This document shows positions 56,106 to 64,000 of a stretch of 64,000 bases of DNA, one piece after another (the first letter of the stretch is position 1; each line of letters begins with the position of its first letter). The notes beneath the pieces were generated by a model that worked only from the letters and a program-made list of their open reading frames with translations, was not told the DNA's origin and made no database searches. Both the position numbers and the translations under genes were made by a program. The stretch is from assembly GCA_945897085.1 (NCBI GenBank), contig CAMDEU010000002.1:4-64003 (forward strand), in the 5' to 3' direction. This DNA comes from Spirosoma fluviale (GTDB lineage Bacteria; Bacteroidota; Bacteroidia; Cytophagales; Cyclobacteriaceae).

Positions 56106-58661
56106 TTATTCAGGTGATTGTTCAGGGGTTTCTGCTGATTCCGGAGAATCAGAAGGTGATAATGTTTCGGGAGTATCTATTAAACTATCAACAATTTCTG
56201 AAAGTTCTTCATCTTCTCTAGAGATTTTTTCAACAGAAGAAATCTCATCTCCTTCTCCTACTTTGATCAAACGGACACCTTGGGTAGCTCTACCCATGAT
56301 GCGCAGCTGATCCATACCAATTCGGATAATGATACCCGATTTATTGATGATCATCAAGTCATCGGTATCGACTACTTCTTTAATTGCAACCAATGCACCT
56401 GTTTTATCGGTCACATTCATCGCTTTGACGCCTTTGCCTCCTCTATTGGTAATGCGGTACTCGTCGAGGTCGGAACGTTTTCCATATCCCTTTTCAGAAA
56501 CCACCAACAGGGTCGCATTTGGTTCCGACGCACAAACCATGCCAATTACAAAATCTGATTTGTCCGTCATTGTAATCGCTTTTACACCTGTGGCTGTTCT
56601 ACCCATCGGGCGTACAGCAGTCTCGTGGAAGTGTATAGCTCTACCAGACTTGGCTGCAATCACAATGTGTTGCTTGCCATTTGTCTTGGCTACGTGTACC
56701 AATTGATCGTCTTCCCTGAAATTCAAGGCAATGATTCCATTGGTTCGTGGTCTAGAATATTGCTCTAACGTAGTCTTCTTAATGACCCCTTGCTTGGTCA
56801 CCATCACCAAGAAGTGATTGTTGATGTAATCCTGATCTTCCAAGTTCTCCACTTGGATGATGGAACGGATTTTATCGTCTTGGGTGATATTGATCAAGTT
56901 TTGAATCGGTCTACCCTTCGAAGTCTTAGATCCTTCCGGTATCGCGTATGTTTTCAACCAGAAGAGCTTGCCCTTATCAGTAAAAATCAACAGGTAATTG
57001 TGTGTAGAAGCTGTAAATAGGTATTCTGTCCAGTCATCCTCTTTTGTACTTACCCCTTTGGATCCAATACCACCCCTTCCTTGGGTACGGTATTCGGTCA
57101 AGGCAGTTCGCTTCACATAGCCCTGATGAGAAACGGTAATGACCACCTCTTCATTCGGGATCATGTCCTCATAACTGAAGTCTTCGGCATTGTGCTCAAT
57201 TTCTGTACGACGGTCATCTGCGTAGCGCTCCCTCATTTCCAGAAGTTCGGCCTTGATGATCTCCATTCGCTTAACTTCATCTCCAAGAATGGCCTGAAGC
57301 TCTTCGATAAGCGCCATGATTTCTTTGTATTCAGCAATGATTTTATCGCGCTCCATGCCAGTAAGACGCTGAAGACGAAGGTCAAGAATCGCTCTAGCTT
57401 GTAATTCACTCAAGTCAAAACGTTCCATCAAACCATTACGGGCAGTTTCCGGATCTGCTGAACCTCGAATCAGGGCAATGACTTCATCCAAGTGATCTAG
57501 TGCAATCAAATAACCCTGTAAAATATGGGCTCTTTTTTCCGCTTCCTTTAATTCAAACTCTGTTCTTCGTACAACCACTTCGTGTCGGTGAGACACGTAG
57601 TGAACAATCAAGTCTTTTAAGTTCAAAGTGTGTGGACGTCCTTTTACCAAAGCCACATTGTTAACCGAGAAGGAAGTTTGCAAGGCGGTTTGCTTGTAGA
57701 GGTTATTCAAAACCACACTCGAAACAGCATCACGCTTCAATTCATAAACAACACGCATCCCCGACCGATCAGATTCATCTCGAATGGCTGAAATCCCTTC
57801 AATCTTCTTTTCATTGATCAATTGAGCAGTCTTCTCCACCATATTGGCCTTATTGACCATATAGGGAATTTCGGTGATGACAATCATCTCCTTACTTCCT
57901 CCCTCTTTGATTTCTACGTTGGCTTTGCCACGCACCACGATGCGACCTCTACCTGTTTCAAAGGCAGCCTTGACCCCATTGTAACCATAGATTATTCCTC
58001 CTGTAGGGAAATCTGGGGCTATTATGAAGTCCATTAACTCGGCAATAGTAATGTCTTTGTTGGCAATGTAGGCGATGATACCATCGATCACCTCGCCGAG
58101 GTTATGAGGAGCCATGTTGGTCGCCATTCCTACTGCAATACCTGAAGCACCATTCAATAGAAGCGCTGGCACTTTAGCTGGAAGTACGGTAGGTTCCTTA
58201 AGGGAATCATCAAAGTTAAATTGGAAATCTACCGTTTCCTTGTTGATATCCACCAGCAATTCCTCAGCAATGCGCTTGAGTCGGGCTTCGGTGTATCGCA
58301 TGGCGGCAGCATTATCCCCATCGACAGAGCCAAAGTTACCCTGCCCATCTACCAAGGTGTAGCGTAGGGACCAATCCTGAGCCATACGAACCATTGTTTC
58401 GTAAACGGCTGAGTCACCATGTGGGTGATACTTACCCAGCACCTCGCCGACGATTCTGGCAGATTTTTTATGGGGTTTGTTGTGTAATACACCAAGTTCT
58501 TGCATCCCGAACAGGATACGTCGGTGAACTGGTTTTAGTCCATCACGGACATCTGGAAGCGCTCTGGAAACAATTACCGACATCGAATAATCGATGTAGG
58601 CACCACGCATTTCCTCTTCAATATTTATTGGGATGATATGCTCGTTTTCTCTAAGGGACAT
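56106..58661 (-). CDS. gyrA: DNA gyrase subunit A
   Basis: [30 protein letters not shown], GyrA box QGRGGIG and C-terminal pinwheel repeats. Confidence 0.97.
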   Translation of the reverse strand: MSLRENEHIIPINIEEEMRGAYIDYSMSVIVSRALPDVRDGLKPVHRRILFGMQELGVLHNKPHKKSARIVGEVLGKYHPHGDSAVYETMVRMAQDWSLRYTLVDGQGNFGSVDGDNAAAMRYTEARLKRIAEELLVDINKETVDFQFNFDDSLKEPTVLPAKVPALLLNGASGIAVGMATNMAPHNLGEVIDGIIAYIANKDITIAELMDFIIAPDFPTGGIIYGYNGVKAAFETGRGRIVVRGKANVEIKEGGSKEMIVITEIPYMVNKANMVEKTAQLINEKKIEGISAIRDESDRSGMRVVYELKRDAVSSVVLNNLYKQTALQTSFSVNNVALVKGRPHTLNLKDLIVHYVSHRHEVVVRRTEFELKEAEKRAHILQGYLIALDHLDEVIALIRGSADPETARNGLMERFDLSELQARAILDLRLQRLTGMERDKIIAEYKEIMALIEELQAILGDEVKRMEIIKAELLEMRERYADDRRTEIEHNAEDFSYEDMIPNEEVVITVSHQGYVKRTALTEYRTQGRGGIGSKGVSTKEDDWTEYLFTASTHNYLLIFTDKGKLFWLKTYAIPEGSKTSKGRPIQNLINITQDDKIRSIIQVENLEDQDYINNHFLVMVTKQGVIKKTTLEQYSRPRTNGIIALNFREDDQLVHVAKTNGKQHIVIAAKSGRAIHFHETAVRPMGRTATGVKAITMTDKSDFVIGMVCASEPNATLLVVSEKGYGKRSDLDEYRITNRGGKGVKAMNVTDKTGALVAIKEVVDTDDLMIINKSGIIIRIGMDQLRIMGRATQGVRLIKVGEGDEISSVEKISREDEELSEIVDSLIDTPETLSPSDSPESAETPEQSPE

Positions 58662-58756
58662 AAAGTGCGTACGGTAGCGTAAATTAGGAACGCAAGATAG
58701 TAAAAAGCGAGCGTGAATAAAACCAAGATTTTATTCCAAGCCCCTCTTTTATTTCA

Positions 58757-59776
58757 TCAGTACCATTGACCGATTTTTCGATTTTGAAAATAAAAAATAG
58801 AACTACCCCTATACTCCACTCCATTGTGGTTATGCTTCATCACTACTCCACATCCATTTATTTTACATCGCTTAGTTCCCGGTATCTTTAAGGCTAGACC
58901 AGTTTGCAAAGAATAAACCTCATTATCCATCTTAAAAGGAGTGAAATCCGCCGAATTATTCACAAAAGACCGCTGCATATACTTTCCCTTTACAAAAAGG
59001 GAAGCATATTCTGAAAACTCATAGGACACACGGAGCACTCCTGCATAGGTATATTGATCCTCCACAGCTGACAGTCGGGCTTGATATGCTTTAGGAATAA
59101 GGGGTTCTTCTTGATTGACCTTCACCCGTCCTACTTCTGCTTCAACACTAATACTCCAAGGGTAATTTTGTCGGATTCGCTGGTTATATTCCTTCTCCAT
59201 CCGCATTTTTAGCTCCCGATTTGCCCCGTTGAATTTTTTGTATTTCTGCTTCAATAAAAATCTGCGTCGACTAGCATCATACAACACCAAACCTGCGGAA
59301 ACATAGTAATTGGTCGCACGGTAATCTATTCCCTCAAGCGAAAATTGGTAGCCAGCCCCCTCAAATGGATTTAGGATTCCTTTTTCCCAACCATAGCCTC
59401 CACCTAAAGAAAGGATGTTAAATAAATTGAGGCGAAGACCAGCCTCCATGGTTGGGAGAATCCATTGGCGAGTACTTAAGGCTAACGTATCGGGCAATGG
59501 AGCATATCCAAATTCGTAATTTTGGTACTGGGTGATTGGGTAAACCTTCCCATCACCACTGTAAAATTCAGTACCCATTGTATACTGTGCCACACCAGTA
59601 GAAAGCTGGAAGGAAAACATTTCCCGGATCGTGCGAAATGCATTGCCAAGGCTAGATTCACTTTTTGGAGCTCTCGCTTTTCTAGTAATTCCAAAAATAT
59701 CTTCGTCTTGAGAAAAAGAAGGCGCACTTGCAAGCAAGAAAAAAGTAAACAAGAGGAAAACCTTTTTTTTAATCAT
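58757..59776 (-). CDS. Hypothetical exported (probably outer-membrane) protein
   Basis: Signal peptide, beta-strand pattern and a C-terminal RCKINGC..VMKH.H....YRG motif. Confidence 0.7.
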   Translation of the reverse strand: MIKKKVFLLFTFFLLASAPSFSQDEDIFGITRKARAPKSESSLGNAFRTIREMFSFQLSTGVAQYTMGTEFYSGDGKVYPITQYQNYEFGYAPLPDTLALSTRQWILPTMEAGLRLNLFNILSLGGGYGWEKGILNPFEGAGYQFSLEGIDYRATNYYVSAGLVLYDASRRRFLLKQKYKKFNGANRELKMRMEKEYNQRIRQNYPWSISVEAEVGRVKVNQEEPLIPKAYQARLSAVEDQYTYAGVLRVSYEFSEYASLFVKGKYMQRSFVNNSADFTPFKMDNEVYSLQTGLALKIPGTKRCKINGCGVVMKHNHNGVEYRGSSIFYFQNRKIGQWY

Positions 59777-59854
59777 AATCTAAGAAACGAACATCGGAAA
59801 GCTTTTGGTGTGTATTCAGCAAGAAAAGTTAAAGCCATCCCTTTAAAATAACCC

Positions 59855-60343
59855 CTACCCTTTTTTCTTCTTTAATCGAGCCACTTCCTGAAGCAGTTTC
59901 TCCTTCAAGGAGGGATTATCCTGAATGGCTTTTGAGATTTGTTCAAAAAGTGCTACTCCCAAAAGCTTTTCATCACGAATCAAGTCAGCCTGATAGGCAA
60001 TAACCATTTTTTGCATTGAGTTTTGAAAAGCAAGTGCTTCAAGGTAGGCTTCTCGTTCTTTTTCAGTTAATCCGATAGCTATTTCTTTTTTTGCCTTGCC
60101 CCAAACTCCCTTAATCTGATTGTAGCGCGCACCTCCACCCAGTCCTTCCTTTGTGCTTATCCACTCCTTCAGCTCTTCTGTTTTTTGGGTTAGAAAGGTT
60201 GAAGTCATGACTTCTATCTGTGCATACTTGCTCCAATCTGCATCTGTGAGGGCTACTTGTGTACTATCTTCCTGGGCAACTACCACCTGAGCTGAACAAC
60301 AAAAAAGCAGAGCTACTACAAGTACGCGAGTTAGAATGGTCAT
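59855..60343 (-). CDS. Hypothetical exported helical protein
   Basis: Signal peptide ending VVA-QED; 162 aa. Confidence 0.7.
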   Translation of the reverse strand: MTILTRVLVVALLFCCSAQVVVAQEDSTQVALTDADWSKYAQIEVMTSTFLTQKTEELKEWISTKEGLGGGARYNQIKGVWGKAKKEIAIGLTEKEREAYLEALAFQNSMQKMVIAYQADLIRDEKLLGVALFEQISKAIQDNPSLKEKLLQEVARLKKKKG

Positions 60344-60402
60344 AGCTTAAATCTAAATAGTGGCTCCTCTTCTACAGAACCAGTTGATTTTTTAAGTAAA
60401 TA

Positions 60403-61059
60403 TTAAATCGTGATGCTTTTTAAAGAAGCTATCGCGGCAATCGGATCTGGAGCCTTAAATACAAAGCTTCCAGCCACCAAAATATCTGCTCCCGCTTCCA
60501 CCAAGCGCCTGGCATTCTGTTCACTCACTCCACCATCAACTTCAATTAGGGCTTTAGATCCCTTTTTAAGTATCATATTCTTCAAATTGGCAACTTTCGT
60601 ATAGCTGTTTTCAATAAATTTTTGCCCACCAAAACCTGGGTTTACGGACATCACACAGACCACATCTACCTCCTCAAGTACTTCAGTCAATAGTTCAATT
60701 GGAGTATGTGGATTGAGCGCTACCCCAGCAGATGCTCCCAATCTTTTGATTTCTTGAAGAGTACGATGCAAATGCGTGCAAGCCTCCAAATGAACAGTCA
60801 CTATCGAGGCACCAGCCTTTACAAAAGGCTCCAAATACAACTCAGGATTCACGATCATCAAATGGACATCCAAGGGCTTGGTCGCATGTCGATGGATCGC
60901 TTCGGTCACTGGAATGCCAAATGAAATATTTGGGACAAATATCCCATCCATGACATCGACGTGGATAAAATCCGCAGCAGAAGCATTCAGAAGCTCTACT
61001 TCTCGTTGCAAGTTTGAAAAATCGGCAGCAAGTATGGATGGGGCTATTTGAGGATTCAT
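60403..61059 (-). CDS. rpe: Ribulose-phosphate 3-epimerase
   Basis: IAPSIL, HVDVMDG, DVHLM, MSVNPGFGGQ and EVDGG motifs. Confidence 0.97.
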   Translation of the reverse strand: MNPQIAPSILAADFSNLQREVELLNASAADFIHVDVMDGIFVPNISFGIPVTEAIHRHATKPLDVHLMIVNPELYLEPFVKAGASIVTVHLEACTHLHRTLQEIKRLGASAGVALNPHTPIELLTEVLEEVDVVCVMSVNPGFGGQKFIENSYTKVANLKNMILKKGSKALIEVDGGVSEQNARRLVEAGADILVAGSFVFKAPDPIAAIASLKSITI

Positions 61060-61110
61060 ATTGGAAAGAGTTAGTTACAAATCAAGGAATAACTCCTGTC
61101 TTGTCAAACG

Positions 61111-62757
61111 TTAATATTTAATAAGTTTTCTGTACGCAATTTCTTTGCCATCTCGCAGCTGAAGAAAATAAATTCCTGAAGGCATATTAAGTAAATTAAA
61201 TACATACGCCTCTTGGATGGAGTTTCGCTCTCCTATTTTTTCTAGAACATGCCTACCTGAGCTATCTAAAATTTGAAGCGTCAATCTCAATTCCTTTCCA
61301 AATCGAATGCTGAGGGATTCAGTTAGTAGGGGATTTGGATAGATACTTGAACCTAATTCAACTTCTTCCTTCAGCCCCAAAAGAGCTCCATAGTAAGCAC
61401 CTCGGAAGTTAGGTATCCCATAGCCTAAATTTTGATCTGGATTCGCATACTGACTGCCACTTTTCAGAAGATTAGTCAACAATTCATCTTTGGTCCATTC
61501 TGGCTTGGCCTCCCATAAACCAGCAGCAAGCGCTGCAATCTGAGGCGCTGAAAAGGAAGTACCAGAAGCAGCAACTACTTGACCTGTACCACGAATCAAA
61601 ATCGTACTTTGCCCAAAGGCGGCGAGATCGGGCTTGATTCGCCCATCGGCAGTTGGGCCTCGTGAACTAAAGGAAGAAACAGTAGAACTGCTGTTTACCG
61701 CACCCACAGCAAGAATTCCTTCCGCATCTGCTGGTGCTACCAAGCTACTGCTACCTGCTGAACCATTATTCCCCACGCTGTTGACAACCAGAATCCCTCT
61801 TTTTGCAGCAATACTAGCTCCTCGTGTGATATAGGTTGTTTTTCCATCCAATTGAGACTTGCTGTAAGTCAAACTCGGCTCATCAAAATCAAGATATCCC
61901 AAGGAGCTGTTGATAATATCTACACCCAAACTATCCGCATACTCAGCTGCACGAACCCAGTTTAATTCTTCTACTGGATATTCTGTGGCTACATCCTCTG
62001 TAATGGCAAAGATAACCTTCGCTTGATGGGCCCCAGCTACCAAAGTACCAGCTTGGTTAGCAAAAATCAAGGAAGCAACTTGGGTACCATGCTCATTCTC
62101 CCGAAACACATCTTTGATCCAAGGGCGAACCACATTTAACTGACCCAAAACTTGCTTATTCGTAAAAACATGCGAAAAAGCGCTGGCCTTATCCAAACCT
62201 GGAAACCCGGAATCAAATACAGCAACGGTAATTCCCTTGCCCGTAAATCCTGCCTGATGCATCGCTGGAATTCCTAGCAACTCATTTTGAAAATCATAGG
62301 CCGCAGCCTCACGATAACTTTCTTCAATTGCCCATTTCTTTGGTTGGAATTCAGGAACTTCAGTACTGTTCCGGTTTCCTGTCCTTGAAATAAATCCTTT
62401 AGCTACCCAATTCACTTTTTGCACAAATGGCAGCACTTCAATTTTTTTCTTGCCTTCTGCATCAGTGACCACAACGGCGGCATTTAGCCATTTGCTTACA
62501 TACAACAGCTCTTGGCTAAGTGCACTTAGCCCTTGTATGTATGCGGCAGTAACGGGTAGGTCCAAACTGTCCAAGGGAAATTTTTCCCGTACTCTTCTTT
62601 GGATGGCCTTTTCTGTCAGAAACTTACTTGGACTTGCTAAAGAATATTCCTTTTGGGGCTTAAACTTAAAAAATACAGCATAGCGATCTTGAGCTACTGT
62701 TTTTGTAGTCCAACAAAAACACATAAATAGCGCCAAAAAATAAAATGATTTAGACAT
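61111..62757 (-). CDS. S8 subtilisin-like peptidase with T9SS type A C-terminal domain
   Basis: Catalytic triad motifs FDSG, HGT and GTSFSAP; C-terminal IYPNP...GIYFLQL...KLIK. Confidence 0.92.
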   Translation of the reverse strand: MSKSFYFLALFMCFCWTTKTVAQDRYAVFFKFKPQKEYSLASPSKFLTEKAIQRRVREKFPLDSLDLPVTAAYIQGLSALSQELLYVSKWLNAAVVVTDAEGKKKIEVLPFVQKVNWVAKGFISRTGNRNSTEVPEFQPKKWAIEESYREAAAYDFQNELLGIPAMHQAGFTGKGITVAVFDSGFPGLDKASAFSHVFTNKQVLGQLNVVRPWIKDVFRENEHGTQVASLIFANQAGTLVAGAHQAKVIFAITEDVATEYPVEELNWVRAAEYADSLGVDIINSSLGYLDFDEPSLTYSKSQLDGKTTYITRGASIAAKRGILVVNSVGNNGSAGSSSLVAPADAEGILAVGAVNSSSTVSSFSSRGPTADGRIKPDLAAFGQSTILIRGTGQVVAASGTSFSAPQIAALAAGLWEAKPEWTKDELLTNLLKSGSQYANPDQNLGYGIPNFRGAYYGALLGLKEEVELGSSIYPNPLLTESLSIRFGKELRLTLQILDSSGRHVLEKIGERNSIQEAYVFNLLNMPSGIYFLQLRDGKEIAYRKLIKY

Positions 62758-62967
62758 GCTTAAATGTATGGTTCAGGTCGTGAAAACCAGTAACTGCTCG
62801 AAGATACCAAATCCACCCCACTTAATTACAACCTAGGGGTGAGCAACAACAATTTTCAGAGAAAAATAAAAAGGAGTTCAAATATGCCTCAACTTCGAAA
62901 GAGGCCCGAAAAACCCTTGGGTCTACCCCCAAGCTTTCATACCTTCGCATGCACAAACAGGAAAGCC

Positions 62968-63585
62968 ATGGCCTTAAAAACAAAAGTTAAAATAAACCGA
63001 ATTACGAACCTCACCGATGCACGATATTGCTCCGGGATGTATGTAGATATTTTGGGGTTTTGCTTGGAAAAAGGGTCTCCACATTTTGTGTCTCCAACTC
63101 AGTTTCAAGAAATTACTGGCTGGATTTCTGGGATAGATTACGCGGCGGAATTTGCCGAAGAGGATGCCTACACGATTGAACGAACCTTAGCTGAGTATCC
63201 TGGAATCACTTGGATTGAATCAGGGGATTTAGAAACCTTGGTTCAACTCAACTCGCTTGGAAAGAAATTGATCTACCGTGTAAAAATAGAAGAATTGGAT
63301 ACACTACTTCCAAAGATTGATCTTCTCCGAGAACATGAAATCACTTTACATTTAACTTCAATAAATAAATCACTAACCATTGATAATGAATTTATTATAA
63401 ATAAATTATCGAGTCAATTAAACCTATTTTTAGGAGCTGGAATCACGCCAGAGAAAGCCAACTCGCTTTGTGAATTGCCTGGGCTTTTTGGTTTTGCATT
63501 GGATAGTGGCGATGAGATCAAGCCAGGACTTCGAGATTTTGATCAGCTGGCAGCAATACTAGAAAATTTGGAACTGGAGGATTAA
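62968..63585 (+). CDS. TrpF-like (phosphoribosylanthranilate isomerase fold) protein, divergent
   Basis: KVKI..ITNLTDARY, ILGF and LGAGITPE segments; ATG 62968. The KICG cysteine is absent. Confidence 0.7.
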   Translation: MALKTKVKINRITNLTDARYCSGMYVDILGFCLEKGSPHFVSPTQFQEITGWISGIDYAAEFAEEDAYTIERTLAEYPGITWIESGDLETLVQLNSLGKKLIYRVKIEELDTLLPKIDLLREHEITLHLTSINKSLTIDNEFIINKLSSQLNLFLGAGITPEKANSLCELPGLFGFALDSGDEIKPGLRDFDQLAAILENLELED

Positions 63586-63618
63586 AAAAAATCCAAGCAC
63601 TGTTTAGCGCTTGGATTT
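63584..63618. terminator. Intrinsic terminator between convergent genes
   Basis: AAATCCAAGC...GCTTGGATTT stem with an A-run. Confidence 0.75.
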
Positions 63619-63633
63619 CAAACTCCTATTTGC

Positions 63634-64000
63634 TCAACTATCCCAAAGATCAGTTAAGTGGTAAGGACTTTTAGGTCCAGTAAAAAAGGTGCCGTCTACA
63701 AAGCGATGACTAGTCCCAATCGCCTGGAGTTGAGCCAGGTCCCCTGCGTCCAAGATTAATTTCGAGGCGGCAAAATTTTCTACTATACGCGCCTGATTCA
63801 CTGATTTGGGAATCACAGCTATTTCTCTTGCAATAGACCAGGCAATAAGCACTTGCCCTACACTCACTTGATGCTTTTCAGCTAGGACACGCACCAAGGC
63901 ATCTTCCAGCAGTTTGGGATCATGTTGATGCTTTTCCGCTCTTGAATCTGGAGAACCCAAAGGAGAATAGGCAGTCACCAAAAGACCATTTTCTTTACAA
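63634..64000 (-). CDS. Aldo/keto reductase, C-terminal part (5' end outside the window)
   Basis: TAYSPLGS, QVLIAW, VIPKS and RIVENF motifs. Confidence 0.9.
   Translation of the reverse strand, partial: CKENGLLVTAYSPLGSPDSRAEKHQHDPKLLEDALVRVLAEKHQVSVGQVLIAWSIAREIAVIPKSVNQARIVENFAASKLILDAGDLAQLQAIGTSHRFVDGTFFTGPKSPYHLTDLWDS

Noticed and set aside
58380-58430. Quinolone-resistance change in the GyrA QRDR
   Set aside because: The Ser83-equivalent residue is intact (HGDSAVYE) and position 87 is still acidic.
62814-62841. CACCCC...GGGGTG inverted repeat as a REP or riboswitch
   Set aside because: It has 6-bp arms with a 16-nt loop, no tail motif and no recognisable aptamer, so chance is plausible.
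1-64000. rRNA, tRNA, prophage, and the many short antisense or nested ORFs in the track
   Set aside because: I saw no tRNA/rRNA signatures or phage genes in the short intergenic gaps. The nested ORFs overlap well-supported genes and lack motifs.

Overview
This is a chromosomal window from a Bacteroidota genome, most likely Cytophagia/Cyclobacteriaceae (Algoriphagus-like). The assignment is inferred from TAnnTTTG promoter boxes, a T9SS-type C-terminal domain and gene content. Most of it is housekeeping and envelope genes: smc, hppD, a phosphohexomutase, murB, tyrS, trmB, folC, holA, gyrA, rpe and an exbB/exbD/tonB operon. I saw no rRNA, tRNA, prophage or CRISPR-cas. Four things stand out. (1) One ~992-aa ORF fuses a lipoprotein GH20 beta-hexosaminidase to a complete alanine/glycine:cation symporter, and a glycerate kinase gene follows 2 nt downstream. 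(2) A lone IS200-like HUH (Y1) transposase sits among ~15 REP-like hairpins (CTAG-N9-ACCCC-N3-GGGGT). These form directly repeated inverted pairs, 50-bp tandem units and stacked 14-bp tails. (3) There is an ACAD10/11- or lvaAC-like kinase plus acyl-CoA dehydrogenase operon. (4) Several small proteins are present: a 71-aa polyacidic protein, and three genes missing from the ORF track (49-aa and 34-aa single-pass membrane proteins and an edge-truncated Rieske lipoprotein). All family assignments come from motif recognition by eye; no database searches were run.
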